Source: Verrucomicrobiota bacterium
Lineage (GTDB): Bacteria > Verrucomicrobiota > Verrucomicrobiia > Limisphaerales > AAA164-E04
Direction: 5' to 3'
Length of the DNA: 64,000 nucleotides
NCBI GenBank assembly: GCA_047947115.1
Contig: CP170459.1
Span: 3,808,001-3,872,000, forward strand
The position numbers and the translations under genes were made by a program. Position 1 is the first letter of the stretch. Each line of letters opens with the position of its first letter. Under the pieces are notes generated by a model. That model did no database searches and was not told the DNA's origin. It was given only the letters and a program-made list of their open reading frames with translations. This document shows positions 29,348 to 40,253 of the stretch, one piece after another.

Positions 29348-31591
29348 GGAGGGGCAAGCTCCGTCTTGAACCCACTTCAGACCTTGTGGCATCGGAACGA
29401 TTATCAAGCTGCCGTGGAAACGCCTCAGGCCAACGGATACCCAAGACTTCCCCCGTTCCACCTATCTTGTTTAAGAATGCTTTTAGGAGGAGATATGGGA
29501 CGAGGTGGAACTCATCCCTCCGAGATGGAACAATGGAGGGGCAAGCTCCGTCTTGAACCCACTTCAGACCTTGTGGCATCGGAATGATTATCAAGCTGCC
29601 ATGGAAAAGCCGCAGGCCAACGGATACCCAAGACTTCCCGCGTTCCACCTATCTTGTTTAAGAATGCTTTTAGGAGGAGATATGGGACGAGGTGGAACTC
29701 ATCCCTCCGAGATGGAACAATGGAGGGGCAAGCTCCGTCTTGAACCCACTTCAGACCTTGTGGCATCGGAATGATTATCAAGCTGCCATGGAAAAGCCGC
29801 AGGCCAACGGATACCCAAGACTTCCCGCGTTCCACCTATCTTGTTTAAGAATGCTTTTAGGAGGAGATATGGGACGAGGTGGAACTCATCCCTCCGAGAT
29901 GACGAAATGGAGGGGCAAGCTCCGTCTTGAACCCACTTCAGACCTTGTGGCATCGGAACGATTATCAAGCTACCGTGGAAACGCCGCAGGCCAACGGATA
30001 CCCAAGACTTCCCGCGTTCCACCTATCTTGTTTAAGAATGCTTTTAGGAGGAGATATGGGACGAGGTGGAACTCATCCCTCCGAGATGGAACAATGGAGG
30101 GGCAAGCTCCGTCTTGAACCCACTTCAGACCTTGTGGCATCGGAATGATTATCAAGCTGCCGTGGAAACGCCGCAGGCCAACGGATACCCAAGACTTCCC
30201 GCGTTCCACCTATCTTGTTTAAGAATGCTTTTAGGAGGAGATATGGGACGAGGTGGAACTCATCCCTCCAAGATGACGAAATGGAGGGGCAAGCTCCGTC
30301 TTGAACCCACTTCAGACCTTGTGGCATCGGAACGATTATCAAGCTGCCGTGGAAACGCCGCAGGCCAACGGATACCCAAGACTTCCCGCGTTCCACCTAT
30401 CTTGTTTAAGAATGCTTTTAGGAGGAGATATGGGACGAGGTGGAACTCATCCCTCCGAGATGGAACAATGGAGGGGCAAGCTCCGTCTTGAACCCACTTC
30501 AGACCTTGTGGCATCGGAATGATTATCAAGCTGCCGTGGAAACGCCGCAGGCCAACGGATACCCAAGACTTCCCGCGTTCCACCTATCTTGTTTAAGAAT
30601 GCTTTTAGGAGGAGATATGGGACGAGGTGGAACTCATCCCTCCAAGATGACGAAATGGAGGGGCAAGCTCCGTCTTGAACCCACTTCAGACCTTGTGGCA
30701 TCGGAACGATTATCAAGCTGCCGTGGAAACGCCTCAGGCCAACGGATACCCAAGACTTCCCGCGTTCCACCTATCTTGTATAAGAATGCTTTTAGGAGGA
30801 GGTTAGGGGCGAGGTGGAACTCATCCCTCCGAGATGACGAAATGGAGGGGCAAGCTCCGTCTTGAACCTACTTCAGACCTTGTGGCATCGGAACGATTAT
30901 CAAGCTGCCGTGGAAACGCCGCAGGCCAACGGATACCCAAGACTTCCCCCGTTCCACCTATCTTGTTTAAGAATGCTTTTAGGAGGAGATATGGGACGAG
31001 GTGGAACTCATCCCTCCAAGATGACGAAATTGAGGGGCAAGCTCCGTCTTGAACCCACTTCAGACCTTGTGGCATCGGAATGATTATCAAGCTGCCATGG
31101 AAAAGCCGCAGGCCAACGGATACCCAAGACTTCCCGCGTTCCACGTATCTTGTTTAAGAATGCTTTTAGGAGGAGATATGGGACGAGGTGGAACTCATCC
31201 CTCCAAGATGACGAAATGGAGGGGCAAGCTCCGTCTTGAACCCACTTCAGACCTTGTGGCATCGGAATGATTATCAAGCTGCCATGGAAAAGCCGCAGGG
31301 CAACGGATACCCAAGACTTCCCGCGTTCCACGTATCTTGTTTAAGAATGCTTTTAGGAGGAGATATGGGACGAGGTGGAACTCATCCCTCCGAGATGACG
31401 AAATGGAGGGGCAAGCTCCGTCTTGAACCCACTTCAGACCTTGTGGCATCGGAATGATTATCAAGCTGCCATGGAAAAGCCGCAGGGCAACGGATACCCA
31501 AGACTTCCCGCGTTCCACCTATCTTGTTTAAGAATGCTTTTAGGAGGAGATATGGGACGAGGTGGAACTCATCCCTCCGAGATGGAACTAT
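29348..31591. repeat. Tandem array of 12 x 187-bp units, each a pair of inverted REP-like hairpins (REPIN/BIME-like)
   Basis: Unit starts at 29348, 29535, 29722, 29909, 30096, 30283, 30470, 30657, 30844, 31031, 31218 and 31405. Units differ only by a few substitutions. Confidence 0.97.
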
Positions 31592-31670
31592 TGAGGGCGG
31601 GGAAGTCCCCCTGAATATTTCAAACTTGCTACGGGATGCGGCTCGTTCTAATGCTTGGGGCATGTTTTCA

Positions 31671-32732
31671 ATGAGATTGTTATCCACATTGTTGAGTTGT
31701 GCCCTGGTATGCGCTCTGGTTGTGCTATCCGGATGTTGCACTTGTTCTAAAAAAGCGTCCTACTCGGAAGATCCCGGTACGGAGGGTGACGGTGATTTTG
31801 TGGTGGGTCCTGAGTATTCGATTGATCCGGATTTGACCGACAAGGGGAATCCCAAAGGAATGAGTTTTGAGTTCAGCATGAAGCTGGCGGACAGCAAGAT
31901 CTTTCGTGGCGACGATTCCACCCTTGAGCCTGAAAAAAAACCTGTTCGCACGGAGCGCAAGATCTTTGTGTATGTTCCCGCTGCATATCAGGACGGAACG
32001 GAAGCGCCCATCTTGGTCATGCATGACGGTCCAAGTCGACTGGATCTAGTGCGTCATGCGTTGGACAACCTGACAATCTCTGAGGATCCGAATCGCAGGC
32101 TGCCGCCATTCATTGTGATCTCCGTTCAGAACGGTGGAAACGATGGAAAGAACAGTCAGCGTGGTTTGGAATATGACACCATGTCCGATCGATTGGCCTT
32201 GTTCATCAATGATGAAGTATTGCCGGCCGTATTGAGTCATCCTGATATTCGAGCCGCCTACCCAAACATCGCTTTCACAGATAATCCCTGGGGCAAAGGC
32301 GTCATGGGGTGCAGTTCGGGTGGCGCGGCTGCATTAACCATGGGCTGGTTTCGGCCAGATCTGTTTCGCCGTTTGATCACCTATTCCGGAACCTTCGTGG
32401 ACCAACAGGATGATGACGCTCCTGAGGAAGCGGATTATCCTCTGGGCGCCTGGGAGTATCATTCCAACATGAAATTGATCGAGAACACAGAAAACAAACC
32501 GCTGCGAATCTTTACCCACGTGTCCGAGCAGGACAATCGTTACAAGGATCCCGAAGAGACCTATCACAACTGGGTGATGGCCAACGAACGCACCGCCGCC
32601 GCATTGAAGGCCAAGGGATACCATTACCGATATGTGTTCAGCAAAGAATCCCGGCACTGTGACAAGCGTGTCTTTGAGCACACCCTGGCCGATACCCTGG
32701 TATGGATGTGGCGAGGTTACCGAGGAGAGTAG
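31671..32732 (+). CDS. Alpha/beta-hydrolase esterase (enterochelin-esterase-like), probable lipoprotein
   Basis: Lipobox LSGC. VYVPAAY, QRGLEYD and GCSSGG (GxSxG) motifs. The track's 5' extension lies inside the repeat array. Confidence 0.85.
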   Translation: MRLLSTLLSCALVCALVVLSGCCTCSKKASYSEDPGTEGDGDFVVGPEYSIDPDLTDKGNPKGMSFEFSMKLADSKIFRGDDSTLEPEKKPVRTERKIFVYVPAAYQDGTEAPILVMHDGPSRLDLVRHALDNLTISEDPNRRLPPFIVISVQNGGNDGKNSQRGLEYDTMSDRLALFINDEVLPAVLSHPDIRAAYPNIAFTDNPWGKGVMGCSSGGAAALTMGWFRPDLFRRLITYSGTFVDQQDDDAPEEADYPLGAWEYHSNMKLIENTENKPLRIFTHVSEQDNRYKDPEETYHNWVMANERTAAALKAKGYHYRYVFSKESRHCDKRVFEHTLADTLVWMWRGYRGE

Positions 32733-32738
32733 TTAATT

Positions 32739-34046
32739 TTATGGGCGATTGCGGTATTTGTTGTAGAGGCGGGTGTGTCGGCTTTCGAGTGAGACACGCT
32801 CGCCTTGAATCCACATTTCGGTCACTTGAGAACGAATGTCCAGCAGCTCGCCCGTGAGTGCGATCAGTGACGCTTCCTTGCCTGATTCGATTGATCCCAG
32901 ACGATCGCCCATTCCCAGTATCTGGGCAGGATATAGCGTGATTCCCTTCAATGCCTCTTCTTTGCGCATCCCAAAAGCCACGGCTTGCGCGGCAGAATGA
33001 GGAAGATTCCGTATCGACGAAGCGGCAAACCGGCTGATCCCTTCACTGAAGATCACTTTGACACCGGCCTCAGCCAAAATGGAGGGTGCTGAATAATGAG
33101 CGTCATAACTGTCTTCACCACGACTTGGGAGAGTAAAGGTTTTGTCGTAAATGACCGGGATTCTGTGTTCTGACAACATGTCGGCCAACCGCCAGGCGTC
33201 TCTGCCGCCTACCAGAACCATCTTGTAATCGTTCTCATCAGCCCATTGAACTGCTGATGCGATCTGGCGCTTTTCATCCGCGTGAATGAACAGGGGAGTT
33301 TTGCCTTTGGCCCAGGAGGTCGTGGAAGCCCAGTTGGGGATTTTGTGAGCCTCTTCGTTTTGCTCACGATGGGATACGTAAGCCTTGGCGGATTCGAAGA
33401 ATTCTGCGATTTCGCGCACACGCTGCTTTCTCTGCTTGGCTTGGTCTTTGGGGGATTTCCAATTGGAAGGATTGTTGGATAATTCTTTGGGGCGATCGTT
33501 CAGGGACATGGATGGCCACCAGACATGCAGACCCACTGTCGGTTTCACCATCAGGTCTTCAACGGTCCAGCCACTCAGCTGGATGACGCCGGATTGACCG
33601 CTGACGGTTCCTCCCAGGGGGATGGGTTGGGCGTGAGTGATGCCGTTGGCGCGTGCGACGGGGATCAGTTCCGATTCGGGATTAACCGCGCGCCAGGACA
33701 GGATTTCCGGTGTCCATTGGCCGACTTCGTCCGTGTCGAGCGTGGCTCGAACGGCATTGATTTCAAGAAGCCCCAGTGTCGTGGTGGTCGCAACCATGCC
33801 GGGGTAAAGATGCTTGCCGGCCAGGTTGACGATGCGATCGGCCACGGTGTCGATGGACTCCGCGACAAGGGCAATTTTCCCGTCACGAATGAGCACGTCT
33901 CCCTGATCCAGATTGCCGCGGGTGATGGTGTGGATCGTGGCTCCTTTGAGTAGGATTGTTTCGGATCTTGCCTGCAGGCCAAAGAGGCAAAGCAAAAGGG
34001 CGGCGAGGTATATGTGTCCGGTCCGTTGTTTCAACGTTTTCTTCAT
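32739..34046 (-). CDS. Amidohydrolase-family protein (lacks the HxH metal motif)
   Basis: GKHLYPG, ITLYPAQILG and GSIESGKEASL motifs. ATTTTLG stands in place of DxHxH. Confidence 0.85.
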   Translation of the reverse strand: MKKTLKQRTGHIYLAALLLCLFGLQARSETILLKGATIHTITRGNLDQGDVLIRDGKIALVAESIDTVADRIVNLAGKHLYPGMVATTTTLGLLEINAVRATLDTDEVGQWTPEILSWRAVNPESELIPVARANGITHAQPIPLGGTVSGQSGVIQLSGWTVEDLMVKPTVGLHVWWPSMSLNDRPKELSNNPSNWKSPKDQAKQRKQRVREIAEFFESAKAYVSHREQNEEAHKIPNWASTTSWAKGKTPLFIHADEKRQIASAVQWADENDYKMVLVGGRDAWRLADMLSEHRIPVIYDKTFTLPSRGEDSYDAHYSAPSILAEAGVKVIFSEGISRFAASSIRNLPHSAAQAVAFGMRKEEALKGITLYPAQILGMGDRLGSIESGKEASLIALTGELLDIRSQVTEMWIQGERVSLESRHTRLYNKYRNRP

Positions 34047-34108
34047 GATGTGAAAGGTGTCAAAAGGTTTAAAAGTCATGTGGGGTGTTGATGGATTCAA
34101 TGGCCGGT

Positions 34109-36988
34109 TCAGTCGTCGCAGTGTATGATGCGGCCTTCATCCTGTTTCTCGAGAGCGCGTTGGAAGAACAATTGCCATGTGTGCCATTCTTCCTCGTTCT
34201 CGGAGGATGGATCGCTTGAAGAGGGTTTGAAGTTGACTGCCTTTTTGGCTTTTTCCAGAAGTCGTGCTTTTTCTCTGGTGCGTTGAGTGGTTCGGTCCGA
34301 ATCCGAAAAGCGGTCGAAATACTTCACCCCTTCAATCCAGGTTTCCAGGCAAGTGGTTCCTGAATCCAGTGGTGGTTTGGACCAGATAACAAAGTCTGCG
34401 TGCTTGCCTTTTTCAAGCGAGCCTACGAGGTGGTCGATCTTCAATTGTTGGGCAGGGTAGAGGGTGACAAAATTCAGTGCTTCCTCTGGTGGTGTGTTCC
34501 CATATTTGACCGCTTTGGCAGCTTCCAGATACATGCGGCGGGCCAGGTCGCTGTCATCCGAGTTGAAGGACACCAATGCACCCCGCTCATGCATCAGGCT
34601 GCCGGCATAGGGAATGGCGTCGATGACTTCGAACTTATAGGCCCACCAATCGGTAAAGCACGATGCACCGGCGCCATGAGCGGCGATCTCATCTGCTACT
34701 TTGTAGCCTTCCAACACATGTTGAAGCGTGCCGACTCGAACACCGAATGATTCCATGACACGCAGAAACATCAGGATTTCATCCTGGCGGTAGGAGTGAC
34801 AATGAATCCAGCGGCGACCTTCCAGGATCTCAACCAGAGCTTCCATTTCAAGATCGCGGTCCGGACGTTCTCCTTCTCCGTCGTGAAAAACCTTCCACGC
34901 AGCCTGGTATTGTTGGGCGGCCGTGAAGCGGTTTTCGTAAAACACGGGTACCCCCATGCGGGATTGAGGAAAGCGCGTGGTGCGATCATTGCCCCAGTTG
35001 GATTGTTTAACGTTTTCACCCAGGGCAAACTTGATGCCTCCCGGCGCTTCCTTGAAAATCAATTCGTCCGGACCTTTGCCCCAACGCAATTTGATGACGG
35101 CATTTTGTCCTCCGATCGGATTGGCCGATCCGTGGAGCAGATTTGCAATCGTCAATCCGCCTGCGAGCTGATAGTAGATGTTTTCCGTTTCGGAATTCAC
35201 GACATCCGCAATACGCACCATGGCAGTGGAGGGATAGGTCCCTTCGTTGACACCTCCCATGATCATGCTGTGGGAATGGGCGTCGATCAAGCCGGGGGTC
35301 ACGTATTTGCCGGTGGCGTCGATAACCAGGCACGTGCCAAGGTCACCGGAAGGGAGGCTCAGGTTTTTTCCAACTTCCAGGATGTGTCCGTGCTGGATCA
35401 GCATGTCGCCTTGCTCGATGATTCCCAATGCCGAACTCGTCCACAGTGTGGCGTTTTTGATTAGAAGGGTGTCTGGTCCTTCTTGTGTTGGAAACTCTTC
35501 TAGAGGAGAACGGGCAATGCGGGAGTGTTTTTCTTCTCCTTTGGTGTCCTTTTCCTTGTATTCTTTTTTTGCGTCCGGATCAAATGCTTCGTTGGCGTAC
35601 CTGACCCCTTTCACCCAGGTGGATTCGATGGGGTGATCCGGATTGAAATAACTGTCTCCATGAACAATGGTGAAGTTGGCTAGCTTGCCTTGTGCCAATG
35701 TGCCCATGGATTCGGATAATCCAAACAGTTCGGCGGGAATAGTGGTCAGTGCCGCCAGTGCCGTTGTCTCAGGCAATCCTCGCTCGACAGCTTGCTTGAG
35801 CTTTTTGCGAAATTGTTTGCGATCGTTGAGGGTGTAAAGGGTGAGTGCGATGCGGTGTCCCTGGGAAGCCAGGACGCTTGGTACTTCCGGCGCCCAGTCC
35901 CAATGCCGCAACAGGTCCAGATCAACCGCTTCCCAATCCTCCTCTTCAGGAAGGGAAGGGATCTCAGGAAAATTGATGGGCACAATGAAAGGAGCATCGA
36001 TCGAAGCAAGCAGATCCGGGCGGCGCCATTCTTGTCCCTGCGCAATCAGGTTGAATCGCAGCCCAAATTCATCCGCAAGCTTTGCCGCACGTGATGACAT
36101 GAGAACGCTTCCTGGTTCAATGATGACGGATTGACTTCCGTTGAGAGGGGCCTTCAGTGCTTCCAGTGAGGGATTGTAGTTTTTTTGACTGTCGTTTCCG
36201 GATCGTACAGCATAATCCTGTGTGTCGATGAATGTCTGCCGGATGGCGCTGATCACGCCCATTAATGATTTAGGGTATTCGTCGCTTTTGCTGGCGCGGC
36301 TGTTGAAACCAAGATGTTGGAAGGTTTCAGCCTTTTGAATCAGCTCGTTCGGAGAGGCTTCGCCGGTCAGTGAAACAGCGCCTGTACCGCGAATGATGCC
36401 TTTGGATGGACTGAGGTGCACGGCGGTGAACCCGAGGTTTCGCAGTTCTTTACGTTGCCCGGGTTCAAAATGCCAGTCGTCCAGAACGGAATATTCCGGT
36501 GTGATTGTGGAGAGTGATGACCCGGGGCCTTCGCTGCCCGGATCCGGTTCGTCTCCCGTCATGCCATAGAAATTCCAATCCCCGGCTGCGCGGTGATCCT
36601 GCAGGTTTTGATGGTCGTGATGGTTTGATTCTGTTGCCCCTGTTGTGCGGACCTGTGTTCCATCCGGGGACACCACATAATAAGGATCGATCAATCCCGG
36701 ATAAACAGTGTATCCCCTCATGTTCCATACACGGCTTCCCGCGGGTGTCGGGCCACCTTTCGAAACGGAGACGATGTGCCCCTCGGCAATCACCAAAGTT
36801 GCATTGGTCAAGGTCAGACCGGGTGACACAACCACAGTGGCTTCGGTAAAGGTGTGGTAATCCAAAGGTTGTGGATCGTGACCGGGTGGTTGGAGGTCTG
36901 GACGATAAACGGCCGCCTGGCCGCATGTCAGGGTGGCAACGATGCTGCAGACCGAAACCCAGACGTAAAAAGTGGATGTTTTCTTCAT
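34109..36988 (-). CDS. Double-domain amidohydrolase-family protein
   Basis: Two amidohydrolase repeats. The C-terminal one has TPGLIDAHSH, KFALGEN, HCHSY, QHVLE and NSD. Confidence 0.88.
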   Translation of the reverse strand: MKKTSTFYVWVSVCSIVATLTCGQAAVYRPDLQPPGHDPQPLDYHTFTEATVVVSPGLTLTNATLVIAEGHIVSVSKGGPTPAGSRVWNMRGYTVYPGLIDPYYVVSPDGTQVRTTGATESNHHDHQNLQDHRAAGDWNFYGMTGDEPDPGSEGPGSSLSTITPEYSVLDDWHFEPGQRKELRNLGFTAVHLSPSKGIIRGTGAVSLTGEASPNELIQKAETFQHLGFNSRASKSDEYPKSLMGVISAIRQTFIDTQDYAVRSGNDSQKNYNPSLEALKAPLNGSQSVIIEPGSVLMSSRAAKLADEFGLRFNLIAQGQEWRRPDLLASIDAPFIVPINFPEIPSLPEEEDWEAVDLDLLRHWDWAPEVPSVLASQGHRIALTLYTLNDRKQFRKKLKQAVERGLPETTALAALTTIPAELFGLSESMGTLAQGKLANFTIVHGDSYFNPDHPIESTWVKGVRYANEAFDPDAKKEYKEKDTKGEEKHSRIARSPLEEFPTQEGPDTLLIKNATLWTSSALGIIEQGDMLIQHGHILEVGKNLSLPSGDLGTCLVIDATGKYVTPGLIDAHSHSMIMGGVNEGTYPSTAMVRIADVVNSETENIYYQLAGGLTIANLLHGSANPIGGQNAVIKLRWGKGPDELIFKEAPGGIKFALGENVKQSNWGNDRTTRFPQSRMGVPVFYENRFTAAQQYQAAWKVFHDGEGERPDRDLEMEALVEILEGRRWIHCHSYRQDEILMFLRVMESFGVRVGTLQHVLEGYKVADEIAAHGAGASCFTDWWAYKFEVIDAIPYAGSLMHERGALVSFNSDDSDLARRMYLEAAKAVKYGNTPPEEALNFVTLYPAQQLKIDHLVGSLEKGKHADFVIWSKPPLDSGTTCLETWIEGVKYFDRFSDSDRTTQRTREKARLLEKAKKAVNFKPSSSDPSSENEEEWHTWQLFFQRALEKQDEGRIIHCDD

Positions 36989-37131
36989 AAAACAAACATT
37001 TGGTTTGATTTGGACGGGAAGAGCATGACCTGAAGAGGGTGGCATTGACAACCCTTTTGAGCCCTTTCAGGCAATAAACCGGGAACGAGTTTCCTTGGCT
37101 TTTTCTTAATCCTCCATACACTTGCGCTCGC

Positions 37132-39135
37132 ATGAGGTCGGTAATTTTCATTTTAAGCTTGCTGCTCCTTCCTATGGTTGGGATCGGGTCTGTGTTTTCA
37201 CTCCATGGACAAAGCGCGGGATTGGTTTTCCCTCATCCTCAATCTCCGGACACCGAGCGTTTCCATTCCAGTCGCAACGGACGTGAACTCCCGCTTCCCG
37301 CGCAGAACCCTGCTTTCACCTTTGCCGTTCTCGGAGACCGAACCGGTGGCCCTGCTGAAGGTGTTAAGGTGTTGGCTCAGGCGGTGGATGAGATCAATTT
37401 GCTGGAACCGGATTTGGTGATGACCGTGGGAGATTTGGTGCAGGGATCCGGGAAACAGGTGGAATGGCTCATTCAGATGCGGGAGTATCGCGGGATCATG
37501 GATGGTCTGTTGATGCCCTGGTTTCCGGTGGCCGGGAATCATGACGTCTATTGGATGGCAAAAGAAAAACCTCCAGGCGAACACGAATCCAACTACGAAC
37601 AACATTTCGCGCCGCTCTGGTATGCCTTTGAACATAAGAACAGCTGGTTCATCGTGCTCTACTCCGACGAAGGCAATCCTGAAACTGGGGAGAAAGCCAC
37701 CGGTAAACCAGCGTCCCAGAAAATGAGTCATCGACAGTTTGCGTGGCTGAAAGACACTCTGGCGAAGGCAGAAAGTGCGGATCATGTTTTTGTATTCATT
37801 CACCACCCGCGCTGGCTGGGAGGAAACTACGGTGATGATTGGGAAAAGGTCCATGACGAATTTGTTAAAGCGGGCAACGTCAAAGCCGTGTTCGGAGGTC
37901 ATATACACCGGATGCGCTATGACGGTCCCTTCGATGGTATCGAATACGTCACCCTGGCCACCACCGGAGGCAACCAAAGCGGCATCTCTCCGGCAGCCGG
38001 CAACCTGCATCAATTTCACATGGTCACCGTACGGGACCAGCAAATTGCCATTGCATCTTTGCCGGTAGGCGAGACGATGAATGTCCGTAAAGTGACCGGG
38101 CAAGTCAGTGATGGCACACGCAAGCTCAATGCCGTGGCACCCAGATTCAATCGACGATTCCAGGTAGATTCAGAGGGTGGGGCGGATGACCTGGTTCGCT
38201 TGCGCCTCGACAATCCTGCCGCTCAGTCCATGCAGGTGAACCTGGAACTTAACAGCGCCGATTCCAGATGGATTTTCTCTCCCGACAAAGTGGATGCAGT
38301 CGTGAAACCCGGCGAATCCCTCGACTTTATGTTCCGGGTGTTTCGTTGGAAAAATTCACTCGACCTCTCCTGGCGCTCCCCTGATTGCAAACTGCAACTC
38401 GCCTTGGTGGATCCTCAAAACGGCACCTTCCCTCTCAAAGACAAGCGCTATTTCATTCCATACTCCATCGATCTGCCGACACCCGTTCTGCCGCGAGTAG
38501 AATCGGTTTTGGAACTGGACGGGATGGATGCCCATTTGAAAGTTTCGGCTGATCAATTGAATCTTGGTAATGGATCACTGACCGTTGAATGCTGGTTGAA
38601 CGCGCCCTTTTTGCGGGAGGACCTCACATTGATCTCGAACATGGAGGGGAATACCGGATTTAAACTGGGGCTTCAGAACAGCCGTCCAATGTTTCAGGTC
38701 CGTTTGGCTGACGGTTCTCTGGTTTCGCTGCAAGCACCCGAATCATCCTTCATTCACACCCGTCAGTGGCATCATTTGGCTGGCGTGTTCGGTTCCGGCA
38801 CGATGTCCATTTATCTGGACGGCATCCAGGTGGTTCAGGAATCGGTTCAACAAGAACGTGCGGCCAGTAACTCGAATTTGCTGATTGGCAGGGACACCCT
38901 CCTGCCATCGAAAGAACGCGGTTATTTTGCTGGCAGGCTGGACAGTATTCGTATCTCAAACACCGCACGCTATGATCGGCAAATCTTCCGTTCTTCCCGT
39001 CGATTCCTGCCCGATCGCGAAACCAAGCTGTTGTTGAACATGGATGACATACGAGTCCTCTGGCTATATGACGAATCCTCCAACAAAGCCCACCCTGAAG
39101 TCTTAGGCGGAGCCACCATTCAGGCTGAACAATAA
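37132..39135 (+). CDS. Calcineurin-like metallophosphoesterase with C-terminal LamG domain
   Basis: GD, VGDL, GNHD, HHP and GHIH motifs. TVECW, WHHLAGV and GRLDSIRIS mark the LamG domain. Confidence 0.88.
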   Translation: MRSVIFILSLLLLPMVGIGSVFSLHGQSAGLVFPHPQSPDTERFHSSRNGRELPLPAQNPAFTFAVLGDRTGGPAEGVKVLAQAVDEINLLEPDLVMTVGDLVQGSGKQVEWLIQMREYRGIMDGLLMPWFPVAGNHDVYWMAKEKPPGEHESNYEQHFAPLWYAFEHKNSWFIVLYSDEGNPETGEKATGKPASQKMSHRQFAWLKDTLAKAESADHVFVFIHHPRWLGGNYGDDWEKVHDEFVKAGNVKAVFGGHIHRMRYDGPFDGIEYVTLATTGGNQSGISPAAGNLHQFHMVTVRDQQIAIASLPVGETMNVRKVTGQVSDGTRKLNAVAPRFNRRFQVDSEGGADDLVRLRLDNPAAQSMQVNLELNSADSRWIFSPDKVDAVVKPGESLDFMFRVFRWKNSLDLSWRSPDCKLQLALVDPQNGTFPLKDKRYFIPYSIDLPTPVLPRVESVLELDGMDAHLKVSADQLNLGNGSLTVECWLNAPFLREDLTLISNMEGNTGFKLGLQNSRPMFQVRLADGSLVSLQAPESSFIHTRQWHHLAGVFGSGTMSIYLDGIQVVQESVQQERAASNSNLLIGRDTLLPSKERGYFAGRLDSIRISNTARYDRQIFRSSRRFLPDRETKLLLNMDDIRVLWLYDESSNKAHPEVLGGATIQAEQ

Positions 39136-39167
39136 AAAATCCCCTGAACACAAGTGAACAGGGGATT
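39134..39167 (-). terminator. Rho-independent terminator between convergent genes
   Basis: Stem AATCCCCTG (39138-39146) / CAGGGGATT (39159-39167), with a T-tract on the minus strand. Confidence 0.7.
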
Positions 39168-39196
39168 AGTAGGACTGATATAATGATTGAAATCGA

Positions 39197-40039
39197 TCAA
39201 CGTGTCTTTCCTGGCTTCAGAGCCGAGGTGCGTTCCGACATCCAGAGCACATCAGGATTGTCGGGAGAAGCAACATTCAGGGGAATCTGAGTGCCGTACT
39301 GAGGGGCTTGAACCGTTCGGTTATCGACCCATTTTTTGATCTCAGAGTGACCATCCGCGAACGAGAAACCGCAGGCCCCATTGTGGTAACTGGCTGGGAA
39401 ATCGATGATACGCGCTTGACCCATCGTATGCGGATGCTGAATCTGTACGGCGAAAGCGGCATCGTTAATACTTCCGGGATGTTCATCAATCAGAATCCAC
39501 GTATTCGATGGACCCGGATCGATCATATCTGATTCCTTCCCAAAAGTTCGATAAAGGCTGCCAGGCAACCATGAACCATTATCGAACGCCTGGCTCATGG
39601 AATTACTGCGCACCCTAGGCCGAACCTCACCGGCGACCTTGACGGTTGCCTTGTCTGCGGGGCATTTGAAAATTTCGCGGCTTCCACCCGTATAATCCCA
39701 GAGAGGGCTTTTTTCGATATGCATGGTGGGGTCCCAATTGGCGCGATTGCCGCCGTCGTAGTTGAGACTGCCATCGATCCATTCCGGTCTGCCATTGACC
39801 GTGTTCAGGGACGATACCAACCAACCGCTGTTGTCATCGGTATAATAACGCCAGGCCAGCATGAGCTGTCTGAGATTATTCATGCAACTGATGCCCTGCG
39901 CCTTGGTTTTTGCCTTGCTCAGAGCAGGCAACAACATGCCGGCCAAGATAGCGATGATCGCGATGACCACCAGCAATTCGATCAGGGTAAACCCGCCCTT
40001 GGCAGAAGAAGACCTTCGCCGAACGTTCATGTATTTCAT
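39197..40039 (-). CDS. Prepilin-type N-terminal cleavage/methylation protein with H-X9-DG motif
   Basis: [44 protein letters not shown] and [17 protein letters not shown] motifs. Start trimmed. Confidence 0.9.
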   Translation of the reverse strand: MKYMNVRRRSSSAKGGFTLIELLVVIAIIAILAGMLLPALSKAKTKAQGISCMNNLRQLMLAWRYYTDDNSGWLVSSLNTVNGRPEWIDGSLNYDGGNRANWDPTMHIEKSPLWDYTGGSREIFKCPADKATVKVAGEVRPRVRSNSMSQAFDNGSWLPGSLYRTFGKESDMIDPGPSNTWILIDEHPGSINDAAFAVQIQHPHTMGQARIIDFPASYHNGACGFSFADGHSEIKKWVDNRTVQAPQYGTQIPLNVASPDNPDVLWMSERTSALKPGKTR

Positions 40040-40253
40040 CATAAGCTTCCTTAACTCTGGAGTATGTTTAATGGGATCAAACAGACCATAAGAAGCCTGC
40101 TGGAGCGTGTCAACGAATTCCGACGGGAGTATGAACACAAGGAGTCCAGTAACGGCCTCAATTTCGCTTACCCCACTACGCACAAAAACTTCACCAGAAT
40201 TTTCTTGCTTAAGCCTTCAAAACCGAGTTCATTAACGCCTCGACCTGCTGGGC

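Noticed and set aside
29348..31591. CRISPR array
   Set aside because: Units are near-identical over their whole 187 bp, with no unique spacers, and there are no cas genes in the window.
29325..31741. Repeated 73-141 aa ORFs on both strands in the ORF track
   Set aside because: They are by-products of a 187-bp (non-triplet) repeat, mostly with TTG/GTG starts and frames that shift from unit to unit.
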